Positions 52,816 to 64,000 of a stretch of DNA of 64,000 bases are shown here, one piece after another. Below the pieces are notes generated by a model. It ran no database searches. It saw only the letters and a list, made by a program, of their open reading frames with translations, and was not told where the DNA came from. Source of the DNA: the human T2T-CHM13v2.0 reference genome, Homo sapiens; the NCBI RefSeq assembly GCF_009914755.1, contig NC_060948.1, one strand, 5' to 3'. The position numbers and the translations under genes are program-made. Position 1 is the first letter of the stretch, and every line of letters begins with the position of its first letter.

Positions 52816-55800
52816 ACTAAATCGAATGGAATGGAATTGATAGGAATGGAATGGAAAGGAATGCAATGATTTGGCATGGAATGGAATCGAATGGCATCGA
52901 ATGGAATGGAATGGAATGCAATGGAATGGAATGTATTAGAATGTAATGAACTTTAATGGAATGTACTCGAATGGATTCGACTGGAATGGAATGTTCTGGA
53001 AGTGAATGGACTCCAATGGAATGGATTCAAAAGGAATGGAATCGTACGGAATGGAATCTAATGGAATGGAATTAAATGGAAATGAATCAAATTGAATAGC
53101 ACGGAATTGAATTGAATGGAATGGAATGCAATGGAATCTAATGAAACGGAAAGGAAAGGAATGGAATGGAATGGAATGGACTGGAATGGAAAGGAATCGA
53201 AACGAATGGAATGGAATCGAACTGAAGAGACTGGAATGGAATGCACTGGAATGGAAGGGAGTGTAATGGAAGGTTCTCGAAAAAAATGGAATCGAATGGA
53301 ATGGAATTGAATGGAACGGAATAGAGTCGAATGGAATTGAATGGAATGGAATGGACTAGAGTGAAATGGAATCGAACCACAAGGAATGGACAGGAATAGA
53401 ATGGTCTCGAATTGAATGGAATCGTATGGAATGGCATCAAACGGAATGGAATGGACAGCCACGGAATGGAATGCACTCGAATGCAATGGAGTCGAAACTA
53501 ATGGACTGGAATAGAATGGACTCGACTGGTACGGACTCCAATGGAATGGAATCGAATGGAAGGGAATCGAACGGAAGGGAATCGAATGGAATGGACTCGA
53601 AGGGAAAAGACTGCAATGGAAAGGTCTCGAATGGAATGGAAATTAATGGAATGGAATGGAATCGAATGAAATGGAGTCAAAAGGAATGGAATCGAATGGC
53701 AAGAAATCGAATGTAATGGAATCGCAAGGAATTGATGTGAACGGAACGGAATGGAATGGAATCCAAAGGAATGGAATAGAATGGAATGGAATCGAATGGA
53801 AAGGACTCGAATGGAAATCACTCGAATAGAATGCAATTTAATAAAATAGGATCAAATGTAATGGAATGGAATGGAAAGGAATCGAAACGAAAGGAATGGA
53901 GACAGATGGAATGGAATGGAAAAGAGAGCAATGGTATAGAATGGAATGGAATCATCTGGAATGGAATTGAATGGAATGGAATAATATGAAATGGAATGGA
54001 ATGGAATGGAATGGAATGAACTTGAATTAAATGGACTGGAATGGAATGGACTCGAACAGAGTGGAATGGAAAGTGTTGAGATAGAATGGAATGGACTCCT
54101 TTGGAATGGTGTAGTATGCAATGCAATCGACTGGCAGGGAATCAAAAGGAATGTAATCGAATGGATTGGACTGGAATGCAATGGACTCGAATAGATTGGA
54201 AACGGAATGCAAAGGAATGGAATGGAATAGTATGGAATGCAATGGAAGGGAATGGAGTGGATTAGACTAGAGTGGAATGGAATGGACTGGAAAGCAATGG
54301 ACTGGAATGGAACTTTCTTGGATGGACTGGAATCAAACGGAATGGAATGCAATGCAATCAAATGGCATGGAATAAAATAGAATGAAAGAGAATCAAATGG
54401 AATTGAATCGAATGGAATCGAATGGATTGGAAAGGAATAGAATGGAATGGAATGGAATTGACTCAAATGGAATGGACTAGAATGGAATGGATTCGAATGG
54501 AAGGCAAAGGAATGGAATCTATTGGAATGGACTGTAATGGAATGGAATGGAAGGGATTGGAATGGACTCGAATGGAATGGACTGCAATAGAAAGGATTCG
54601 AATGGAATGAAAAAGAATTGAATGGAATAGAACAGAATGGAATCAAATCGAATGGAATGGAATGGAATAGAAAGGAATGGAATGAAATGGAATGGAAAGG
54701 ATTCGAATGGAATGCAATCGAATGGAATGGAATCGAACGGAATGGAATAAAATGGAAGAAAACTGGCAAGAAATGGAATCGAAATGAATGGAGTGTTATG
54801 CAACGGACTCAAAAGGAATTGAATGTAATAGAATGGAGTGGAGTGGACTCGAATATAATGGACTGGAATGGAATGAAATCACATGGAATGGGAACGAATG
54901 GAATGGAATGGAAAGGAATGGAATCGAATGGAAAGGAATCGAATGGAAGGGAATGAAATTGAATCAACAGGAATGGGAGGGAATAGAATAGACTGTAATG
55001 GAATGGACTCGAATAGAATGGACACGAATGCTCAAATTAAATGGACTCGAATGGAATGGAAACGAAAGGAATGTCATCGAATGGAATTGAATCGATTGGA
55101 ATGAAATCGCATAGAATGGAGTGGAATCAAATGGAATTGAATCGAAAGGAACGGAAGCGAATGGACTGAAATGAAATGGAATGGAATTGAATGGAAAGTA
55201 ATGCAATGGAATAGAATGGAACGAAATTTCACGGAATGGAATCAAACTGAATGGAATCAAATCAATGGAATCAAATCAAATGGAATGGAAAGGAATTGAA
55301 TGGAGTAGATGGGATTGGATGGGATTGGAATGAAATGTACTGGAAAGGACTCGAATTTCATGAAACGGAATGGAATGAATTGGAACGGAATGGACTCGAA
55401 TGGAATGGAATGTCATGGAATGGCATCAAATGGAATGGCATCAAATGGAATGGAATCGAATGCAATGGAATGCTATGGAATGGAATGGAATGCATTGGAA
55501 TGGAATGTCCTCTAATGGAATGGATTCGAGTGGAATGGAATTGAATATAATGGAGTCGAATGAAATGGAATTGAAAGGAATGGGATCGAATACAATGGAA
55601 TATACTGGAATGTAACGTAATGAACTCGAATGTAATTGACTGGAATGGAATGTACATGAATGGAATGTGATCGAATGGAAAGTAGTCCAATGGAATAGAA
55701 TCTAATGCAATAAAATCGACTCAGATAGAGTAGAATGTAATGGAATGGAGTGCAGTGCAATGGAATGGAATGGAATGGAATGGAATGGAATGGAATGGGA

Positions 55801-56364
55801 TGGAATGGTATGGAATGGATAGTAATGGACTGGAGTGAAATGGACTGGAAAGGAATGGACTCAAATTGAAAGGTCTCGAAAGGAATGGAGTCAAATGGAA
55901 TGGTCTGGAATGGAATGAACACGAATGTAATGCAATCCAATAGAATGGAATCGAATGGCATGGAATATAAAGAAATGGAATCGAAGAGAATGGAAACAAA
56001 TGGAATGAAATTGAATGGAACGGAATTGAATGGAATGTGAACGAATGGAGTGAAATTGTATGCAGTAGAAGAGAATAGAATGGAATGCAAGTGAAAGGAA
56101 AGGAATGGATTGGAATGGAATGGAATTCATTGGAATGGAAGGGAATGTAGTGTAATGGACAGGCCTGGAATAAAGTGGAATGCTACGGTCTCGAATGGAA
56201 TAAAAATGTATGGAATGGAATGCAATGAAACGGAATCGAATGTCATAGAATGTAATGGAATGCAAAAAAATGGAATCCAAAATCATTGAATGGAAAGGCT
56301 GGGTGTCGAAAGGAATTGACTCCAATGGAATGGAATCGAATGGAATGGAAGTGAATAGAATCGA
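52816..56364 (+). repeat. DYZ1 unit 16 (3549 bp; 5' subtype A, 3' like unit 2)
   Basis: Landmark at 52816. A markers up to ~53925, then unit-2 markers GGATTAGAC, ATGCAACGG, GGGAGGG, GGAACGGAAGCG. Confidence 0.9.
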
Positions 56365-59300
56365 ACTAAATCGAATGGAATGGAATTGATAGGAACGGAA
56401 TGGAAAGGATTGCAATGATTTGGCATGGAATGGAATCGAATGGCATCGAATGGAATGGAATGGAATGCAATGGAATGGAATGTATTAGAATGTAATGAAC
56501 TTTAATGGAATGTACTCGAATGGATTCGACTGGAATGGAATGTTCTGGAAGTGAATGGACTCCAATGGAATGGATTCAAAAGGAATGGAATCGTACGGAA
56601 TGGAATCTAATGGAATGGAATTAAATGGAAATGAATCAAATTGAATAGCACGGAATTGAATTGAATGGAATCGAATGCAATGGAATCTAATGAAACGGAA
56701 AGGAAAGGAATGGAATGGAATGGAATGGACTGGAATGGAAAGGAATCGAAACGAATGCAATGGAATCGAACTGAAGAGACTGGAATGGAATGCACTGGAA
56801 TGGAAGGGAGTGTAATGGAAGGTTCTCGAAAAAAATGGAATCGAATGGAATGCAATTGAATGGAACGGAATAGAGTCGAATGGAATTGAATGGAATGGAA
56901 TGGACTAGAGTGAAATGGAATCGAACCACAAGGAATGGACAGGAATAGAATGGTCTCGAATTGAATGGAATCGTATGGAATGGCATCAAACGGAATGGAA
57001 TGGACAGCCACGGAATGGAATGCACTCGAATGCAATGGAGTCGAAACTAATGGACTGGAATAGAATGGACTCGACTGGTACGGACTCCAATGGAATGGAA
57101 TCGAATGGAAGGGAATCGAACGGAATGGACTCGAAGGGAAAAGACTGCAATGGAAAGGTCTCGAATGGAATGGAAATTAATGGAATGGAATCGAATCGAA
57201 TGAAATGGAGTCAAAAGGAATGGAATCGAATGGCAAGAAATCGAATGTAATGGAATCGCAAGGAATTGATGTGAACGGAACGGAATGGAATGGAATCCAA
57301 AGGAATGGAATAGAATGGAATGGAATCGAATGGAAAGGACTCGAATGGAAATCACTCGAATAGAATGCAATTTAATAAAATAGGATCAAATGTAACAGAA
57401 TGGAAAGGAAAGGAATCGAAACGGAAGGAATGGAGACAGTTGGAATGGAATGGAACAGAGAGCAATGGTATAGAATGGAATGGAATCATCTGGAATGGAA
57501 TTGAATGGAATGGAATGATATGAAATGGAATGGAATGGAATGGAATGGAATGCCCTTGAATTAAATGGACTGGACTCGAACAGAGTGGAATGGAAAGTGT
57601 TGAGATAGAATGGAATGGACTCCTTTGGAATGGTGTAGTATGCAATGCAATCGACTGGCAGGGAATCAAAAGGAATGTAATCGAATGGATTGGACTGGAA
57701 TGCAATGGACTCGAAAAGATTGGAAACGGAATGCAAAGGAATGGAATGGAATAGTATGGAATGCAATGGAAGGGAATGGAGTGGAATAGACTAGAGTGGA
57801 ATGGAATGGACTGGAAAGCAATGGACTGGAATGGAACTTTCTTGGATGGACTGGAATCAAACGGAATGGAATGCAATGCAATCAAATGGCATGGAATAAA
57901 ATAGAATGAAAGAGAATCAAATGGAATTGAATCGAATGGAATCGAATGGATTGGAAAGGAATAGAATGGAATGGAATGGAATTGACTCAAATGGAATGGA
58001 CTAGAATGGAATGGATTCGAATGGAAGGCAAAGGAATGGAATCTATTGGAATGGACTGTAATGGAATGGAATGGAAGGGATTGCAATGGACTCGAATGGA
58101 ATGGACTGCAATAGAAAGGATTCGAATGGAATGAAAAAGAATTGAATGGAATAGAACAGAATGGAATCAAATCGAATGAAATGGAATGGAATAGAAAGGA
58201 ATGGAATGAAATGGAATGGAAAGGATTCGAATGGAATGCAATCGAATGGAATGGAATCGAACGGAATGGAATAAAATGGAAGAAAACTGGCAAGAAATGG
58301 AATCGAAAGGAATGGAGTGTTATGGAACGGACTCAAAAGGAATTGAATGTAATAGAATGGAGTGGAGTGGACTCGAATATAATGGACTGGAATGGAATGA
58401 AATCACATGGAATGGGAACGAATGGAATGGAATGGAAAGGAATGGAATCGAATGGAAAGGAATCGAATGGAAGGGAATGAAATTGAATCAACAGGAATGG
58501 AAGGGAATAGAATAGACGGTAATGGAATGGACTCGAATAGAATGGACACGAATGCTCAAATTGAATGGACTCGAATGGAATGGAAACGAAAGGAATGTCA
58601 TCGAATGGAATTGAATCGATTGGAATGAAATCGCATAGAATGGAGTGGAATCAAATGGAATTGAATCGAAAGGAAAGGAAGCGAATGGACTGAAATGAAA
58701 TGGAATGGAATTGAATGGAAAGTAATGCGATGGAATAGAATGGAACGAAATTTCACGGAATGGAATCAAACTGAATGGAATCAAATCAATGGAATCAAAT
58801 CAAATGGAATGGAAAGGAATTGAATGGAGTAGATGGGATTGGATGTGATTGGAATGAAATGTACTGGAAAGGACTCGAATTTCATGAAACGGAATGGAAT
58901 GAATTGGAACGGAATGGACTCGAATGGAATGGAATGTCATGGAATGGCATCAAATGGAATGGCATCAAATGGAATGGAATCGAATGCAATGGAATGCTAT
59001 GGAATGGAATGGAATGCATTGGAATGGAATGTCCTCTAATGGAATGGATTCGAGTGGAATGGAATTGAATATAATGGAGTCGAATGAAATGGAATTGAAA
59101 GGAATGGGATCGAATACAATGGAATATACTGGAATGTAACGTAATGAACTCGAATGTAATTGACTGGAATGGAATGTACATGAATGGAATGTGATCGAAT
59201 GGAAAGTAGTCCAATGGAATAGAATCTAATGCAATAAAATCGACTCAGATAGAGTAGAATGTAATGGAATGGAGTGCAGTGCAATGGAATGGAATGGAAT

Positions 59301-62300
59301 GGAATGGAATGGAATGGAATGGAATGGGATGGAATGGTATGGAATGGATAGTAATGGACTGGAGTGAAATGGACTGGAAAGGAATGGACTCAAATTGAAA
59401 GGTCTCGAAAGGAATGGAGTCAAATGGAATGGTCTGGAATGGAATGAACACGAATGTAATGCAATCCAATAGAATGGAAACGAATGGCATGGAATATAAA
59501 GAAATGGAATCGAAGAGAATGGAAACAAATGGAATGAAATTGAATGGAACGGAATTGAATGGAATGTGAACGAATGGAGTGAAATTGTATGCAGTAGAAG
59601 ACAATAGAATGGAATGCAAGTGAAAGGAAAGGAATGGATTGGAATGGAATGGAATTCATTGGAATGGAAGGGAATGTAGTGTAATGGACAGGCCTGGAAT
59701 AAAGTGGAATGCTACGGTCTCGAATGGAATAAAAATGTATGGAATGGAATGCAATGAAACGGAATCGAATGTCATAGAATGTAATGGAATGCAAAAAAAT
59801 GGAATCCAAAATCATTGAATGGAAAGGCTGGGTGTCGAAAGGAATTGACTCCAATGGAATGGAATCGAATGGAATGGAAGTGAATAGAATCGAACTAAAT
59901 CGAATGGAATGGAATTGATAGGAACGGAATGGAAAGGATTGCAATGATTTGGCATGGAATGGAATCGAATGGCATCGAATGGAATGGAATGGAATGCAAT
60001 GGAATGGAATGTATTAGAATGTAATGAACTTTAATGGAATGTACTCGAATGGATTCGACTGGAATGGAATGTTCTGGAAGTGAATGGACTCCAATGGAAT
60101 GGATTCAAAAGGAATGGAATCGTACGGAATGGAATCTAATGGAATGGAATTAAATGGAAATGAATCAAATTGAATAGCACGGAATTGAATTGAATGGAAT
60201 CGAATGCAATGGAATCTAATGAAACGGAAAGGAAAGGAATGGAATGGAATGGAATGGACTGGAATGGAAAGGAATCGAAACGAATGCAATGGAATCGAAC
60301 TGAAGAGACTGGAATGGAATGCACTGGAATGGAAGGGAGTGTAATGGAAGGTTCTCGAAAAAAATGGAATCGAATGGAATGCAATTGAATGGAACGGAAT
60401 AGAGTCGAATGGAATTGAATGGAATGGAATGGACTAGAGTGAAATGGAATCGAACCACAAGGAATGGACAGGAATAGAATGGTCTCGAATTGAATGGAAT
60501 CGTATGGAATGGCATCAAACGGAATGGAATGGACAGCCACGGAATGGAATGCACTCGAATGCAATGGAGTCGAAACTAATGGACTGGAATAGAATGGACT
60601 CGACTGGTACGGACTCCAATGGAATGGAATCGAATGGAAGGGAATCGAACGGAATGGACTCGAAGGGAAAAGACTGCAATGGAAAGGTCTCGAATGGAAT
60701 GGAAATTAATGGAATGGAATGGAATCGAATGAAATGGAGTCAAAAGGAATGGAATCGAATGGCAAGAAATCGAATGTAATGGAATCGCAAGGAATTGATG
60801 TGAACGGAACGGAATGGAATGGAATCCAAAGGAATGGAATAGAATGGAATGGAATCGAATGGAAAGGACTCGAATGGAAATCACTCGAATAGAATGCAAT
60901 TTAATAAAATAGGATCAAATGTAACAGAATGGAAAGGAAAGGAATCGAAACGGAAGGAATGGAGACAGTTGGAATGGAATGGAACAGAGAGCAATGGTAT
61001 AGAATGGAATGGAATCATCTGGAATGGAATTGAATGGAATGGAATGATATGAAATGGAATGGAATGGAATGGAATGGAATGCCCTTGAATTAAATGGACT
61101 GGACTCGAACAGAGTGGAATGGAAAGTGTTGAGATAGAATGGAATGGACTCCTTTGGAATGGTGTAGTATGCAATGCAATCGACTGGCAGGGAATCAAAA
61201 GGAATGTAATCGAATGGATTGGACTGGAATGCAATGGACTCGAAAAGATTGGAAACGGAATGCAAAGGAATGGAATGGAATAGTATGGAATGCAATGGAA
61301 GGGAATGGAGTGGAATAGACTAGAGTGGAATGGAATGGACTGGAAAGCAATGGACTGGAATGGAACTTTCTTGGATGGACTGGAATCAAACGGAATGGAA
61401 TGCAATGCAATCAAATGGCATGGAATAAAATAGAATGAAAGAGAATCAAATGGAATTGAATCGAATGGAATCGAATGGATTGGAAAGGAATAGAATGGAA
61501 TGGAATGGAATTGACTCAAATGGAATGGACTAGAATGGAATGGATTCGAATGGAAGGCAAAGGAATGGAATCTATTGGAATGGACTGTAATGGAATGGAA
61601 TGGAAGGGATTGCAATGGACTCGAATGGAATGGACTGCAATAGAAAGGATTCGAATGGAATGAAAAAGAATTGAATGGAATAGAACAGAATGGAATCAAA
61701 TCGAATGAAATGGAATGGAATAGAAAGGAATGGAATGAAATGGAATGGAAAGGATTCGAATGGAATGCAATCGAATGGAATGGAATCGAACGGAATGGAA
61801 TAAAATGGAAGAAAACTGGCAAGAAATGGAATCGAAAGGAATGGAGTGTTATGGAACGGACTCAAAAGGAATTGAATGTAATAGAATGGAGTGGAGTGGA
61901 CTCGAATATAATGGACTGGAATGGAATGAAATCACATGGAATGGGAACGAATGGAATGGAATGGAAAGGAATGGAATCGAATGGAAAGGAATCGAATGGA
62001 AGGGAATGAAATTGAATCAACAGGAATGGAAGGGAATAGAATAGACGGTAATGGAATGGACTCGAATAGAATGGACACGAATGCTCAAATTGAATGGACT
62101 CGAATGGAATGGAAACGAAAGGAATGTCATCGAATGGAATTGAATCGATTGGAATGAAATCGCATAGAATGGAGTGGAATCAAATGGAATTGAATCGAAA
62201 GGAAAGGAAGCGAATGGACTGAAATGAAATGGAATGGAATTGAATGGAAAGTAATGCGATGGAATAGAATGGAACGAAATTTCACGGAATGGAATCAAAC

Positions 62301-64000
62301 TGAATGGAATCAAATCAATGGAATCAAATCAAATGGAATGGAAAGGAATTGAATGGAGTAGATGGGATTGGATGTGATTGGAATGAAATGTACTGGAAAG
62401 GACTCGAATTTCATGAAACGGAATGGAATGAATTGGAACGGAATGGACTCGAATGGAATGGAATGTCATGGAATGGCATCAAATGGAATGGCATCAAATG
62501 GAATGGAATCGAATGCAATGGAATGCTATGGAATGGAATGGAATGCATTGGAATGGAATGTCCTCTAATGGAATGGATTCGAGTGGAATGGAATTGAATA
62601 TAATGGAGTCGAATGAAATGGAATTGAAAGGAATGGGATCGAATACAATGGAATATACTGGAATGTAACGTAATGAACTCGAATGTAATTGACTGGAATG
62701 GAATGTACATGAATGGAATGTGATCGAATGGAAAGTAGTCCAATGGAATAGAATCTAATGCAATAAAATCGACTCAGATAGAGTAGAATGTAATGGAATG
62801 GAGTGCAGTGCAATGGAATGGAATGGAATGGAATGGAATGGAATGGAATGGAATGGGATGGAATGGTATGGAATGGATAGTAATGGACTGGAGTGAAATG
62901 GACTGGAAAGGAATGGACTCAAATTGAAAGGTCTCGAAAGGAATGGAGTCAAATGGAATGGTCTGGAATGGAATGAACACGAATGTAATGCAATCCAATA
63001 GAATGGAAACGAATGGCATGGAATATAAAGAAATGGAATCGAAGAGAATGGAAACAAATGGAATGAAATTGAATGGAACGGAATTGAATGGAATGTGAAC
63101 GAATGGAGTGAAATTGTATGCAGTAGAAGACAATAGAATGGAATGCAAGTGAAAGGAAAGGAATGGATTGGAATGGAATGGAATTCATTGGAATGGAAGG
63201 GAATGTAGTGTAATGGACAGGCCTGGAATAAAGTGGAATGCTACGGTCTCGAATGGAATAAAAATGTATGGAATGGAATGCAATGAAACGGAATCGAATG
63301 TCATAGAATGTAATGGAATGCAAAAAAATGGAATCCAAAATCATTGAATGGAAAGGCTGGGTGTCGAAAGGAATTGACTCCAATGGAATGGAATCGAATG
63401 GAATGGAAGTGAATAGAATCGAACTAAATCGAATGGAATGGAATTGATAGGAACGGAATGGAAAGGATTGCAATGATTTGGCATGGAATGGAATCGAATG
63501 GCATCGAATGGAATGGAATGGAATGCAATGGAATGGAATGTATTAGAATGTAATGAACTTTAATGGAATGTACTCGAATGGATTCGACTGGAATGGAATG
63601 TTCTGGAAGTGAATGGACTCCAATGGAATGGATTCAAAAGGAATGGAATCGTACGGAATGGAATCTAATGGAATGGAATTAAATGGAAATGAATCAAATT
63701 GAATAGCACGGAATTGAATTGAATGGAATCGAATGCAATGGAATCTAATGAAACGGAAAGGAAAGGAATGGAATGGAATGGAATGGACTGGAATGGAAAG
63801 GAATCGAAACGAATGCAATGGAATCGAACTGAAGAGACTGGAATGGAATGCACTGGAATGGAAGGGAGTGTAATGGAAGGTTCTCGAAAAAAATGGAATC
63901 GAATGGAATGCAATTGAATGGAACGGAATAGAGTCGAATGGAATTGAATGGAATGGAATGGACTAGAGTGAAATGGAATCGAACCACAAGGAATGGACAG
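56365..64000 (+). repeat. DYZ1 units 17, 18 (3529 bp each) and partial unit 19, subtype B, near-identical
   Basis: Landmarks at 56365, 59894 and 63423. The ORF track repeats at an exact 3529-bp offset. Confidence 0.92.

Larger units (their letters stand above)
1..64000 (+). repeat. DYZ1: Human satellite 3 (HSat3) array, DYZ1 family (Yq12 heterochromatin), (GGAAT)n-derived ~3.5 kb higher-order repeat
   Basis: GGAAT and variants (CGAAT, TGAAT, GGACT, GCAAT) throughout. Unique landmarks (GGACAGGCCTGG, GGCTGGGTGTCG, GACAGCCACGG, GCCCTTG) recur every ~3.5 kb, with one GGCC and one GAATTC per unit. This fits the classical ~3.4-3.56 kb HaeIII/EcoRI male-specific repeat. The reverse complement near 3306-3348 (CCTGTCCATTACACTACATTCCCTTCCATTCCAATGAATTCC) matches the DYZ1 unit start as I recall it. 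Confidence 0.96.

Noticed and set aside
243-63987. Hundreds of ORFs up to 313 aa (MEWNG- and FHSIP-rich)
   Set aside because: These are direct translations of (GGAAT)n/(ATTCC)n, which lack stops. They overlap in all frames, are broken inconsistently between units, and show no domain-like composition.
1-64000. CRISPR-like array or prokaryotic system
   Set aside because: There is no constant repeat with unique spacers and no genes. The intervening sequence itself repeats at 3.5 kb.
1-64000. HSat2, telomeric repeat, DYZ2/Alu or L1 insertion, or strand inversion
   Set aside because: No CATTCGATTC/GATGAT-dominated HSat2 pattern, TTAGGG, AT-rich/Alu block or CATTC-oriented segment on the + strand. 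The only unit-length outlier is a deletion.
1-64000. A strict multi-unit super-period
   Set aside because: High-identity offsets differ (about 1, 4, 11 and 14 units) and the matches are patchy, so no regular period can be supported within 64 kb.

Overview
The whole 64 kb window is one uninterrupted, single-orientation human satellite 3 array: degenerate (GGAAT)n on the + strand, (ATTCC)n on the - strand. The pentamers form a ~3.5 kb higher-order unit with one HaeIII/StuI site and one EcoRI site per copy. This identifies it as the Y-chromosome DYZ1 repeat (Yq12 heterochromatin). There are 18 complete units (3184-3579 bp) plus a partial 19th. I found no genes, RNA genes, transposons or DYZ2/Alu blocks, and all ORFs are translation artefacts of the pentamer. 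I did not find a new gene-based system. The notable structure is internal: (i) up to three perfect heat-shock elements (nGAAnnTTCnnGAAn) at fixed positions in each unit; (ii) a mosaic of unit subfamilies with chimeric units, including a one-unit-long, circularly permuted duplication 14,225 bp away; (iii) a ~375 bp deleted unit with a new HaeIII site; (iv) indels strongly biased to 15 bp; (v) a very recent, near-perfect tandem amplification at the right end. All comparisons were made by eye and need confirmation by alignment.
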